From: Acidobacteriaceae bacterium
Lineage (GTDB): Bacteria; Acidobacteriota; Terriglobia; Terriglobales; Acidobacteriaceae
NCBI GenBank assembly: GCA_030040655.1
Contig: JASHTH010000467.1
Span: 1-45,827 of the forward strand
Length of the DNA: 45,827 nt
Direction of reading: 5' to 3'
Shown: piece after piece, positions 18,535 through 28,186 of the stretch
Layout: the number at the start of each line of letters is the position of its first letter
How positions within the stretch are numbered: the first letter of the stretch is position 1
Program-made: the position numbers and the translations under genes
The notes under the pieces: generated by a model
Databases searched by the model: none
What the model saw: only the letters and a program-made list of their open reading frames with translations
What the model was told of the DNA's origin: nothing

Positions 18535-18693
18535 TATGGCAGTTTAGGAAACAATGCGGCCGAATAGAAATCGCAACGTCGACGCGACCACCGGGGCCCC
18601 CAACGACATGTCTGCGTCGTTGGGGTGGGGCCAACCGGGAGCGGCGACCTTGGGCTAGGTCCAAACGGACACACTATTTCCTAAACTGCCCTA
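18535..18693. mobile_element. MITE-like element, copy C (opposite orientation, with nested hairpin)
   Basis: Perfect 14-bp IR ggcagtttaggaaa (18538-18551)/tttcctaaactgcc (18677-18690), TA at 18535-36 and 18692-93; reverse complement aligns to copy B except for a ~43-bp insert. Confidence 0.85.
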
Positions 18694-18784
18694 AACAGCA
18701 CGAGTTAGATAGTCGCAACCAACGATCGGAGGCAGCGGTGCCGCGGCGAAGGCACGTTGCCGCGGCGCGTTGTTGGCGCGTTTC

Positions 18785-18814
18785 TTGACACAGCCTCACA
18801 GCGGCCGCTAATTT
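18785..18814 (+). promoter_or_regulatory. Candidate sigma70 promoter for the lactonase-rhmT-rhmD cluster
   Basis: TTGACA (18785-18790), 18-bp spacer, TAATTT (18809-18814), ~100 bp upstream of ATG 18914. Confidence 0.4.
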
Positions 18815-18913
18815 CCATAGGTACCTTGTCGCCCATCGGACAATCCGGCAGCCAGAATCGCCGGCCACTCCGCGCAGGGCACGTCTCAGCCGCGTTGTGT
18901 GACGGAGAGCCCG

Positions 18914-19876
18914 ATGCAACGACGTGAGATTCTGCGATTCGCCGCATTCGGAGCCGGCGCGCTCGCCATGCGCAGCGGCGCTGCTGCCTCGGCGCCGATT
19001 CCGATCGTCGATGCGCATATCCATCTCTTCGACACGACGCGTCCCGGCGGCGTTCCCTGGCCTGAAAAGAGCGACACCGCGCTCTTTAGGCCCGCGACAC
19101 CGGAGCGGTACATGGCGCTGGCCGCGCCATTTGGGGTAGTCGGCGCGATTGCGATAGAGGCTAGCCCGCTGCTCGCTGACAACGATTGGCTCCTTAAGGT
19201 TGTGTCCCGCCACTCGGTGATGGTGGGAATGATCGGCGATCTTGTACCCGGAACCGGCGATTTCATGCGCGAATTGGAGCGGTTGCATCACGATCCGCTG
19301 TTTCTTGGGATTCGCTATGGCAATTTATGGGGCCGCGACCTTTCTGTAGATCTCGCCGAGCCGGGTTTTGTCGACGGACTAAAAGCTCTCGCGCAGGCGG
19401 GGCTCGTCCTCGATAGCGCCAACCCCGATCCCAAACTGATTCGCGCGATCCTCGAGGTGTCGGAAAAGGTTTCCGGCCTGAGAATCGTTATCGATCATTT
19501 GCCCCACGCGCCCGTTCCCACCGACCCGGCCGCGCGGCGCGACTATGATTCGGATTTGAGGAGGTTAGCGGATAACCGGGATGTCTTTGTGAAGTTATCG
19601 GAGATTCCAGCCATTGTGAACGGCAAGTTAGTTCGAGATCCGGAATATTACAAGGCGCCCCTCGACGCCATCTGGGATAACTTCGGCGAAGATCGCATCC
19701 TCTTTGGCAGCGACTGGCCGAACAGCGATCATGTCGCGCCTCTTGCGCAGACCATGGCGATCGTCCGCGGTTACATTTCGACGAAGAGCACGGCAGCCCA
19801 GGAAAAGTACTATTGGAAGAATTCGATCGCTGCCTACCGGTGGCGCCGCAGAAAGCCGGATCAGCCGCAGCTTTGA
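18914..19876 (+). CDS. Amidohydrolase_2 family sugar lactonase (probable L-rhamnono-1,4-lactonase) with Tat signal
   Basis: MQRREILRFAAFGAGALA twin-arginine leader; IVDAHIH, IVIDHL, VFVKLS, FGEDRILFGSDWP; adjacent to rhmT/rhmD. Confidence 0.8.
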   Translation: MQRREILRFAAFGAGALAMRSGAAASAPIPIVDAHIHLFDTTRPGGVPWPEKSDTALFRPATPERYMALAAPFGVVGAIAIEASPLLADNDWLLKVVSRHSVMVGMIGDLVPGTGDFMRELERLHHDPLFLGIRYGNLWGRDLSVDLAEPGFVDGLKALAQAGLVLDSANPDPKLIRAILEVSEKVSGLRIVIDHLPHAPVPTDPAARRDYDSDLRRLADNRDVFVKLSEIPAIVNGKLVRDPEYYKAPLDAIWDNFGEDRILFGSDWPNSDHVAPLAQTMAIVRGYISTKSTAAQEKYYWKNSIAAYRWRRRKPDQPQL

Positions 19877-20042
19877 CACACGGCGATTCGGATGCCGCCA
19901 CGCTAGCGTGCTAGGAGTAGCATTTTTTCTATCAGGACACTGCCGGATGCGGAAAAGTCTTCCAACCCGAACTGACTCCGGATCCGTTGCACACCGCGGC
20001 CAAACCGGGACCCTTCTTGCGGGAGAATTCAGGGTGCGCGCC

Positions 20043-21320
20043 GTGAACCGGGATCTCGAACGGGCGATCGCGCGAGTTCGCCGGCGGCTGGTGAGCGTTC
20101 TTCTCTTGCTGTATATTATCTCGTTCCTCGATCGCGCCAACATCGGTTTTGCCAAACAGGCTTTGCAGACTTACGTCGGCATCTCGCCTGAGGCTTACGC
20201 CCTGGCCGCCGGGCTCTTCTTTGTCAGTTATTCCTTCTCCGGATTCCCCAGTAACCTGATCCTGCACCGCATTGGTGCCAAGATCTGGATGTCGATCATC
20301 ATGGTGGCCTGGGGCGCGGTGTCGATGTCCACGATGTTCGTCAAAGGCAGCGCATCGCTTTATACGCTGCGGTTGCTGCTCGGGGTGGCCGAGGCCGGAT
20401 TCTTTCCCGGCGTGATTCTTTACTTGACCTATTGGTTTCCGGACCGTGTTCGCGGACAAATGATGGGCCTCTTCTATCTCGGCGTTCCCTTTTCGCTCGT
20501 GCTCGGTAGTCCGCTCTCCGGGTTTCTTCTGGGAATGCATCCTCTGCCACCATTCGAGAACTGGCAATGGATGTTTCTCATCGAAGGATTCCTGGCAGTT
20601 GTTGCCGGGTTCGCGTCCTACTGGTATCTCGATAACAAGCCGGGGAACGCAGCCTGGCTGCCGGCAGCCGAAAAGCAGGCGCTGGTTGCTAGGCTCGCCC
20701 GCGAGGAGAATGAGCGCCGCGCATTGGGTCCCAGTGGCATTTTGCCCATGCTACGCAACCCTCGCGTGCTGCAGTTTCTGCTGATTTACACGCTGATTCA
20801 GATTAGCGTATACGGCGCGGTGTTCTATCTCCCCACGGAAGTATCGGAGCTTTTGCACAAGCCCGCGGGCCTCGAAGTCGGCGTTGTTTCGGCCATTCCG
20901 TGGGTCTGCGCTTCGTTGGCCGTCTGGTGGTTGCCACGAATCGCTGACAGCCGCAACCTGCACCGTACGCTTGCATCCGCGGGGATGCTGATATCGGGAG
21001 TCGCGAGCTTTGTTTTTCCCGCATCCGGCCCCGCCGTCGGACTCATTGCGCTCTCCATCGTGGTCTCCGGTATCATCGCCGTGCAGCCCATCTTCTGGAC
21101 GTTCCCCACGGGCTATCTGGCCGATCGCGCTGCCGCCGGCGGAATCGCCGTGGTCACGCTGGGCAATCTCGGCGGTTTCTTCGGTCCTTACATGAAGGTC
21201 TGGGCCGACGACGCCTTCCATTCGCCGAACGCCGGTCTCTATCTTCTTGCTGCGCTCACCGTGCTGAACGCCGGAATGATCGCGTTGGTGAGGACGCGCA
21301 GGCATTCCGAGCCATCTTGA
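20043..21320 (+). CDS. rhmT: MFS transporter, ACS family, RhmT-like (probable L-rhamnonate importer)
   Basis: [80 protein letters not shown]; probable GTG start 20043. Confidence 0.8.
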   Translation: MNRDLERAIARVRRRLVSVLLLLYIISFLDRANIGFAKQALQTYVGISPEAYALAAGLFFVSYSFSGFPSNLILHRIGAKIWMSIIMVAWGAVSMSTMFVKGSASLYTLRLLLGVAEAGFFPGVILYLTYWFPDRVRGQMMGLFYLGVPFSLVLGSPLSGFLLGMHPLPPFENWQWMFLIEGFLAVVAGFASYWYLDNKPGNAAWLPAAEKQALVARLAREENERRALGPSGILPMLRNPRVLQFLLIYTLIQISVYGAVFYLPTEVSELLHKPAGLEVGVVSAIPWVCASLAVWWLPRIADSRNLHRTLASAGMLISGVASFVFPASGPAVGLIALSIVVSGIIAVQPIFWTFPTGYLADRAAAGGIAVVTLGNLGGFFGPYMKVWADDAFHSPNAGLYLLAALTVLNAGMIALVRTRRHSEPS

Positions 21321-21354
21321 GAATACGATTCATCCGCAGAAAGGCATTGCATCG

Positions 21355-22551
21355 ATGTTCGGAGCGAAGATTCGCGATGTGCGCGCCTACTATCTCCGCG
21401 GCGGCGGCGCGGATTATCACGACCAGGCACGAGACCACTGGATCGACGATCACATTGCTACTCCGATGGCGAAATACCCTGAGTATCGCGCCAGCCGGCA
21501 GTCTTTCGGATTGAATGTGCTGGGCACTCTCGTGGTCGAGCTGGAGGCCGACAACGGAGTCATGGGTTTTGCGGTGAGCACCGGCGGCGAGCCGGCCGCG
21601 TGGATCGTAGAACGTCATCTTTCCCGCTTTCTTATGGGCGCGGATCCGGCCCACATTGAAGAAATCTGGGATCGGATGTATCTGTCGACCTTGTTCTACG
21701 GCCGCAAGGGCCTGGTGCTCAATGCCATCAGTTGCGTCGACCTCGCATTGTGGGACCTCCTGGGTAAGTTGCGCCAGGAGCCTGTTTATCATCTGCTCGG
21801 CGGACCGGTTCGCGAAGAGTTAGTCTTCTATGCTACCGGCGCCCGTCCCGACTTGGCGAAAGAGATGGGGTTTATCGGCGGCAAGTTACCGCTTCACCAT
21901 GGTCCGGCCGAAGGAGGAGACGGCTTCAGGCAGAACTTGGCGCTTCTGGCTCAGATGCGGGAACGCGCCGGCGACGACTTCTGGCTGATGTACGACTGCT
22001 GGATGAGCCTGGATCTGAATTATGCTCTTCGCCTCGCGCACGCCGCCTCGCAGTTCAATCTGAAATGGATTGAGGAAGCGCTGCTACCCGACGACTACTG
22101 GGGTTATGCCGAGCTGCGCAGGAAGGCGCCGGCGGGGATGATGGTGACAACCGGCGAGCACGAGGCCACGCGTTGGGGATTTCGCTTATTGCTCGAAATG
22201 GAGTGCGCCGATATCCTCCAGCCCGATGTGGGTTGGTGCGGAGGAATCACGGAGTTACTCAAGATATCGGCTCTTGCCGACGCGCACGGTGTTTTGGTTG
22301 TACCGCACGGATCGAGCGTGTATAGTTATCATTTCACGATAACTCGTCATAACAGCCCGTTTGCCGAGTTTCTGATGATGGCGCCGAAAGCGGACAAGGT
22401 CATTCCGATGTTCACCCCGCTTCTGCTCGACGAGCCGGTGCCGCAAAGCGGCCGCTTGAAACTCGGCGACGCGCCGGGATTCGGGGTGCGGCTCAATCCG
22501 GAATGTAAGCTTCATCGCCCGGCCGGAAGGGAAGACGAAGTTCGAAGTTAA
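21355..22551 (+). CDS. rhmD: L-rhamnonate dehydratase (enolase superfamily)
   Basis: [91 protein letters not shown], all characteristic of YfaW/RhmD. Confidence 0.95.
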   Translation: MFGAKIRDVRAYYLRGGGADYHDQARDHWIDDHIATPMAKYPEYRASRQSFGLNVLGTLVVELEADNGVMGFAVSTGGEPAAWIVERHLSRFLMGADPAHIEEIWDRMYLSTLFYGRKGLVLNAISCVDLALWDLLGKLRQEPVYHLLGGPVREELVFYATGARPDLAKEMGFIGGKLPLHHGPAEGGDGFRQNLALLAQMRERAGDDFWLMYDCWMSLDLNYALRLAHAASQFNLKWIEEALLPDDYWGYAELRRKAPAGMMVTTGEHEATRWGFRLLLEMECADILQPDVGWCGGITELLKISALADAHGVLVVPHGSSVYSYHFTITRHNSPFAEFLMMAPKADKVIPMFTPLLLDEPVPQSGRLKLGDAPGFGVRLNPECKLHRPAGREDEVRS

Positions 22552-22597
22552 ACCCGCGGCACAGCAGCTCATGCCGCATGCCCAACGAGCGTGCCTT

Positions 22598-24190
22598 TTA
22601 TCTTGCCCGCTTTCCCCATCCCCCGCCGCCGGGCGTCTCAATGCGCAGCCGATCTCCCTTGGCAAGGCGCAAGCTCGTTTTACCAGGTAGCTTCTTTTCG
22701 CTTCCGGTTTCTCCCTGAGTTACCACCGCCTGGCCAGGCGCGCCATCTTCTCCACCCTCCAACCCATAGGGCCGGAATCTTCTTCGATCGGCGAGCAGCG
22801 TCACTTGTGCATCGGCGAGCAGTTCCAGTTCACGGATCAGTCCGTCGCCTCCGCGAAATTTTCCCGCGCCTCCCGATCCATCGCGATAGGCGTAGCGGAT
22901 CATGCGGAACGGGTAGGCGTATTCGAGCGCTTCAATGGGCGTATTGAGCGAGTTCGTCATGTGCGTGTGAACGCCGGAGATTCCGTCGAGTCCGGGACGC
23001 GCGCCCATGCCTCCGGCGGTGGTTTCGTAGTAGGTAAACGCTTCGCCTGTGCGCGGATCGGTGCCGCCGATGGTGAGATTGCTCATCGTTCCCGCGCTGG
23101 CCGCAGGAACCCGCTCCGGCACGGCCTGAGCGAGCGCGCGCAGCAACACGTCGACGATGCGCTGCGAAGTTTCGACATTGCCGCCGGCCACAGGAGCCGG
23201 AGGGCGTGCGTCGACGATGCTTCCCGGCACAGTGGTCAGCGTGAACGGCCGCAGGATTCCCGCGGTCGCCGGCGCATCGCGCGGGAGCAGGCAGCGCAGC
23301 ACATAGAAGCACGCCGAAAGCGTGATGGCGCGAACCGCGTTTACGCTGCCCTCGACCTGTGCGGACGATCCGGCAAAGTCGGCGTGCAATTCGCCCGCGC
23401 CCGGGTCGAATCGCAGTCGCACGGCAATCCTGCGCGGCTCGTCGCTGACGCCATCGTCGTCGAGCCAGTCTTCGGCGACGAATTCGCCTTCAGGCATTTC
23501 GCGCAGCTGCGCGCGCACCAGGCGCTGGGAGTAATCGAGCAGCTCCTCGATCAACGCCTCGGCTCTCATGAATCCGTACTTCTCAACCAGTTCGTGTACG
23601 CGCTGCTCGCCTACTCGGCAGGCCCCGATCTGGGAGTCGATATCGCCTTCGCGCTCGCGTGGCGTGCGCACATTCAAAAGAATCAAGGACAATACATCGC
23701 GATCGATCTCACCCGCACGCACAATGCGCACCGGCGGAATGCGGATGCCTTCCTGAAAGATCTCGCGCGCCGGGCCCATTGACCCGGCATGCGCGCCACC
23801 CACGTCGGCGTGGTGCGCACGGTTGCAAACATAGAATGCAGCCCGGTCGCGTTTCACCTGATAGACGGGAAGCACCATGGTGATGTCGGGCAGATGCGTT
23901 CCGCCTGCATAGGGATCGTTAAGGACGGCAATGTCGCCGGGCGCGAACTCGATGGCTTCGATCGCGGCCAGCACCGACATGGGCATGGAGCCCAGGTGCA
24001 CCGGCATGTGGTCGCCCATGGCGATCACGCGACCGCGGCTATCGAAGACGGCGCAGGAGTAGTCGCGCCGCTCCTTGATGTTGGGCGAAAGCGCCGTGCG
24101 CCGCAGCGCCGCGCCCATCTCTTCGGCGATGGAATGCACCGCGCTCTGAAAAACGGCAAGTTCGACCGGGTCGACATCCGCGCGCGTCAT
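22598..24190 (-). CDS. Hydantoinase B/5-oxoprolinase subunit
   Basis: SPNIKERRDYSCAVFD, HMPVHLGSM, NDPYAGGTHLPD, AHHADVGG, FQEG, GNVETSQR, HMTNSLNTPIEALE, ETPGGGGWG. Confidence 0.93.
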   Translation of the reverse strand: MTRADVDPVELAVFQSAVHSIAEEMGAALRRTALSPNIKERRDYSCAVFDSRGRVIAMGDHMPVHLGSMPMSVLAAIEAIEFAPGDIAVLNDPYAGGTHLPDITMVLPVYQVKRDRAAFYVCNRAHHADVGGAHAGSMGPAREIFQEGIRIPPVRIVRAGEIDRDVLSLILLNVRTPREREGDIDSQIGACRVGEQRVHELVEKYGFMRAEALIEELLDYSQRLVRAQLREMPEGEFVAEDWLDDDGVSDEPRRIAVRLRFDPGAGELHADFAGSSAQVEGSVNAVRAITLSACFYVLRCLLPRDAPATAGILRPFTLTTVPGSIVDARPPAPVAGGNVETSQRIVDVLLRALAQAVPERVPAASAGTMSNLTIGGTDPRTGEAFTYYETTAGGMGARPGLDGISGVHTHMTNSLNTPIEALEYAYPFRMIRYAYRDGSGGAGKFRGGDGLIRELELLADAQVTLLADRRRFRPYGLEGGEDGAPGQAVVTQGETGSEKKLPGKTSLRLAKGDRLRIETPGGGGWGKRAR

Positions 24191-26181
24191 TCTTTCACCT
24201 CGCCGCCGACGGCAATGACCAGGTTGTCGAACCCATCCACCCGCGCGCGGCAGCCAGGCGGCAGCAGGGTGGCCGAAGTGTATTCGGTAATCAAGGCTGG
24301 GCCTTCGATCGCGTCACCGGGAACGAGCGCTTCTCGGCGATAGATGCGCGACTCTTGGAATTTGCCGTGAAAGTAGATCTTTCGCGTCGTCACCAATGCG
24401 GTGCGGCCGTTTCCAGGGACAAGCGTTCGCTTTTCCGCCGCGTAGCTTTCGCCTGCGGCAATCATGCGCAGTCTTAAGTTGACGATCTCCACCGGCCGGC
24501 TCTCCTGCGCGAACCCGTACCGCCGCCGGTGCAGGGCGTGGAATGCTTCAAGAGACCGATGCGGAGATTGCGCATCGTACTCCACGTTCAGTTCATACCC
24601 CTGCCGGCGGTAGCGAAGATCGAGCGAGCGGTGGGCCGTGCCGTCGAGGCCTTCGGCAGCGAACTCTTCACCGGCGCTCTGTTCAAGCTCGGCAAAGATC
24701 GCTTGCAGGTTTTCGATTGCGTCGCCCGGCAGCATCACGGTGCGCGAGTAATCTCGCACCGTGTCGGCCAGCAGAATCCCCACCGCTGAAAGCGCTCCGG
24801 GCAGCGCGGGTATCAGCACTGTTGGAATGCGCAGCGAACGCGCCAGCGAGCAGGCGTGCAGTGGGCCGCAGCCGCCAAAGGCGACGAGGGTGAAAGCTCT
24901 CGGATCGTGGCCGCGCTCGACGGAGATCACGCGAATGGCTTTCTCCATCTGCGTTTCCACCACGCGCACAATGCCGGCGGCGAACTCCTCAGCCGTCGCG
25001 AGCGGGCCTTTGCACTCGCACATCAACTGCTCCGTGCGCTCGGGGTGCAATTGCACGCCGCCGCCGAGAAAGCTTTCGGCGTCGAGGCGTCCCAGCAGAA
25101 AGTCGGCATCGGTGACAGTCGCCCGCGCTCCGCTTCCGAAGCAGATCGGCCCCGGCTCCGCGCCCGCCGACTCCGGGCCTACGCGCAGCATGCCGCCGGC
25201 ATCGAAACAAGCAATCGAGCCGCCTCCGGCTCCCGCAGTGTGAATGTCGAGCATGGATAAGCCGATCGGCACGCCGCCGACCACGGATTCGCGCGTGAGC
25301 TGCGCGCCGCCTGCCGCGATATCGGCGAGAAACACGTCGGTCGAGGTGCCGCCCATGTCGAAGCCGATGATCCGTTCGAATCCCGCCCAGCGCGCCACGC
25401 GGCACGCGCCAATGACCCCGCCCGCAGGCCCTGAGAGAACCGTCCGCACCGGTTCCTGCGCGCCGAGCCGGGCCGCAATAATGCCGCCCGACGATTGCAT
25501 CACATCCACGCGAGCCCGGCTCTGCTGCTCCTTCGCCCGCTTTTCAAGTTGGAGAAGATAGCTTTCCATGCGCGGCGCGAGATAGGCATTCACCACGGTC
25601 GTCGACGCGCGCTCGAATTCGCGGAACTCCGGCAGAATACGGTCTGAAACGGAGACCGGAATACCGAGACTGCCCAGGGCTGCTTCCACTCGGCACTCGG
25701 TCTCGGGATTCGTGAAGGAGAAGAGCAGAGAAATGGCTACCGACTCTGCTCCGCTGGCGCGAACTTGCTCGACCAGCGCGGTCAGCTCCTCCCCAGTCGG
25801 TGAGCGCAGGATCTCGCCTTCGGCGCTCACGCGTTCCGGCACGCCAAAGCGTAGCTCACGCGGCACAAGGCACACCGGAGCGGGCGCGAACCAGTCATAC
25901 AGGCTCGCGCGCGCCTGACGGCCGATGGCGATGGTGTCCTCGAATCCCGCGGTGGTCACAAAGGCGACACGCGCTCCCGTGCGTTCGAGCATAGTGTTGG
26001 TGCCCACCGTAGTGCCGTGGCGCAATTCCAGTGACACATCGACGCCGATCCGCGCCAGCCCGTTCATGACTGCCCGCGATGGATCGGAGGGGGTCGAGAA
26101 TACCTTCACTGCCTGCAGCCGTCCATCGGCGAGGTAGACGCAGTCGGTGAATGTGCCGCCGGTGTCGATGGCTACGCGCAA
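24187..26181 (-). CDS. Hydantoinase A/5-oxoprolinase ATP-binding subunit
   Basis: IDTGGTFTD, HGTTVGTN, EFREFERASTTVVNAYL, LSGPAGG, DMGGTSTDV, GAGGGSI, VGPESAGAEPGP, FGGCGPLHA; 4-bp overlap with subunit B. Confidence 0.93.
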   Translation of the reverse strand: MRVAIDTGGTFTDCVYLADGRLQAVKVFSTPSDPSRAVMNGLARIGVDVSLELRHGTTVGTNTMLERTGARVAFVTTAGFEDTIAIGRQARASLYDWFAPAPVCLVPRELRFGVPERVSAEGEILRSPTGEELTALVEQVRASGAESVAISLLFSFTNPETECRVEAALGSLGIPVSVSDRILPEFREFERASTTVVNAYLAPRMESYLLQLEKRAKEQQSRARVDVMQSSGGIIAARLGAQEPVRTVLSGPAGGVIGACRVARWAGFERIIGFDMGGTSTDVFLADIAAGGAQLTRESVVGGVPIGLSMLDIHTAGAGGGSIACFDAGGMLRVGPESAGAEPGPICFGSGARATVTDADFLLGRLDAESFLGGGVQLHPERTEQLMCECKGPLATAEEFAAGIVRVVETQMEKAIRVISVERGHDPRAFTLVAFGGCGPLHACSLARSLRIPTVLIPALPGALSAVGILLADTVRDYSRTVMLPGDAIENLQAIFAELEQSAGEEFAAEGLDGTAHRSLDLRYRRQGYELNVEYDAQSPHRSLEAFHALHRRRYGFAQESRPVEIVNLRLRMIAAGESYAAEKRTLVPGNGRTALVTTRKIYFHGKFQESRIYRREALVPGDAIEGPALITEYTSATLLPPGCRARVDGFDNLVIAVGGEVKE

Positions 26182-26329
26182 GCCGCAATCTCCGTTGCTT
26201 GCAATGTGCCGGCGTCATCTCGCCGGAGTTGAGACAGTTTGGAGGGTACGGGCCTTAGCCCCTGACGGAAGCTTATCCACGGTCCCAGCCGGCCGCCGTA
26301 TGCTTGAACTCTACGATATAGGAGCGCGC

Positions 26330-27565
26330 TTGAAGGCGGTCTACGATTGGCTGGCCGAAGCCTCGGCAGAACAGAAACGCACGCTGGTCGCCGCGTCGCT
26401 AGGCTGGATGCTCGACAGCATGGATGTGATGCTCTACGCGTTCGTGCTGGGCGAGGTGCAGCGTGAGATGCACCTCTCCGCGGCGGCGAGCGGCGCCATG
26501 ATGTCGGCGACGCTGATCGCGGCAGCCGTCGGCGGCATCGGCTTCGGCTGGTTCGCCGACCGGTTCGGCCGCGTGCGCGCGCTCACCTTCAGCATGCTCA
26601 TATACTCGCTGGCCACGGCGCTCTGCGGGCTCACGCAAACTGCCGCGCAGCTCATGATTTGCCGCGTCGTGCTTGGCCTCGGCATGGGCGGCGAGTGGGC
26701 TTCAGGGGCCGCCCTCGTGGCCGAAACCTGGCCCGCCCAACATCGTGGCAAGGCTCTTGCCGTGGTGCAAAGCTCGTGGGCCATCGGCTATGCGCTGGGC
26801 GCGGCGGTGGCGGCATTGGTCATGCCGCACTTTGGCTGGCGGGCGGTCTTCTTTGCGGGCATCGCGCCGGCGTTGGTTGCCTTCTGGGTGCGGCGCGGCA
26901 TGCGCGAGCCGGCGGAATGGCAGCGGCAACGCGCTCCGCGCCCGCCCGTCGTGTTGTTGTTTCGCGGTCGACTCGGGCGCAACATGGCCATTTGCGCCAC
27001 CATGAACGCGGCAACGCTCTTTGCCTGGTGGGGCCTGTTCACCTGGGTGCCCCATTTCTTGTCGCTGTCCAGTTCAGAAGGCGGCCGCGGCTTGTCGATC
27101 GTCGATACTTCCTTGTGGACGATCGTCATGCAGGCCGGCACGTTTCTCGGCTATGTGATCTTCGGCTACATTGCCGACCAATTCAGCCGCAAATTCACCT
27201 ACATCGGATACCTTGTTGCCGCGGCCATCATGGCGCCGCTCTTTGCTTTCGTGCGCAACGCCGATGCGCTTCTGATTCTCGGCCCGCTCGTCGGCTTTTT
27301 CGGCACCGGCTACTTCAGTGGTTTCAGCGTAATTGCCAGCGAGTTGTTTCCCACCCATCTGCGTGGCTCGGCCATGGGATTTGCCTACAACATTGGCCGG
27401 GTGGCGAGCGCCGCCGCGCCCTACGTGGTCGGAAGGGTGTCGGAGACTGCGGGAATCAGCTTTGCGCTCTCCATTACGTCCGCCGCATTCTTGCTGGCTG
27501 CTCTCATCGCCATGGGATTGCCGGCCTCGGCGTTGCAGACGGCGGATGCATGCGGCGCGGCCTGA
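26330..27565 (+). CDS. MFS transporter (sialate/aromatic-acid:H+ symporter-like)
   Basis: GWMLDSMD, GWFADRFGR, GLGMGGEW, ETWPAQHRG, SELFPTHLRG..MGFAYNIGR; probable TTG start 26330 after AGGAG. Confidence 0.88.
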   Translation: MKAVYDWLAEASAEQKRTLVAASLGWMLDSMDVMLYAFVLGEVQREMHLSAAASGAMMSATLIAAAVGGIGFGWFADRFGRVRALTFSMLIYSLATALCGLTQTAAQLMICRVVLGLGMGGEWASGAALVAETWPAQHRGKALAVVQSSWAIGYALGAAVAALVMPHFGWRAVFFAGIAPALVAFWVRRGMREPAEWQRQRAPRPPVVLLFRGRLGRNMAICATMNAATLFAWWGLFTWVPHFLSLSSSEGGRGLSIVDTSLWTIVMQAGTFLGYVIFGYIADQFSRKFTYIGYLVAAAIMAPLFAFVRNADALLILGPLVGFFGTGYFSGFSVIASELFPTHLRGSAMGFAYNIGRVASAAAPYVVGRVSETAGISFALSITSAAFLLAALIAMGLPASALQTADACGAA

Positions 27566-27585
27566 TGCCCAATTACCCCTAACGA

Positions 27586-28149
27586 ATGCCGGTGCGAAGG
27601 GACGCGCAAGAGATGGCCCTATCGATTCGCAAGATGCTGGCCAGCGGCGATCGTAGTTCGATCGGCAAAGCCGATCAGGTCGCCGAGCTCGTGCGACGCC
27701 ATCCGAAAAAGGCTTCGGCTCTTGTCGCGTGCCTCTGGGACTCCGACGGAACCGTGGTTGCGCGCGCAGCCAATGCCCTCGAGAAGGCCTCGCGCGATTT
27801 ACCCGCAATGCTCGCTTCCTACAAGCAACCTCTGCTTGGTTTGATGATCGAAGCCGAGCGAAAGGAGCTGCGCTGGCAACTCGCCTTGATGGTTCCGCGC
27901 CTGCAGCTCACGGCTGCCGAATGTGCGCAAGCCGCCGGCGTTCTTCAGGGCTGGCTAGAAGACACAAGCTCGATCGTGAAGACCTTCGCCATGCAAGGAC
28001 TTGCCGATCTGGCGCGCCAGGACGCCTCGTTGCAGCCAATGGTTCTGGATACGCTGCGCACCCTGAGCCGCAGCGGCACGCCGGCGATGCGCGCCCGCGG
28101 CCGCATTTTGCTCAAGCGGCTCGAACGCGACCGGGCAGGTTTAAGATGA
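27586..28149 (+). CDS. Hypothetical HEAT-repeat-like protein
   Basis: Helical repeats LVACLWDSDGTVVARAANALEK and LEDTSSIVKTFAMQGLADLA; fills gap between same-strand genes. Confidence 0.65.
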   Translation: MPVRRDAQEMALSIRKMLASGDRSSIGKADQVAELVRRHPKKASALVACLWDSDGTVVARAANALEKASRDLPAMLASYKQPLLGLMIEAERKELRWQLALMVPRLQLTAAECAQAAGVLQGWLEDTSSIVKTFAMQGLADLARQDASLQPMVLDTLRTLSRSGTPAMRARGRILLKRLERDRAGLR

Positions 28150-28186
28150 CGAGTGCGTTCGCACTGCGCTCCAGGAGTCGCTCGAA

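Noticed and set aside
3149-18693. Repeated ~38-bp palindromes and TIRs as a possible CRISPR array
   Set aside because: Copies are kilobases apart, in mixed orientation, with no regular repeat-spacer period and no cas genes
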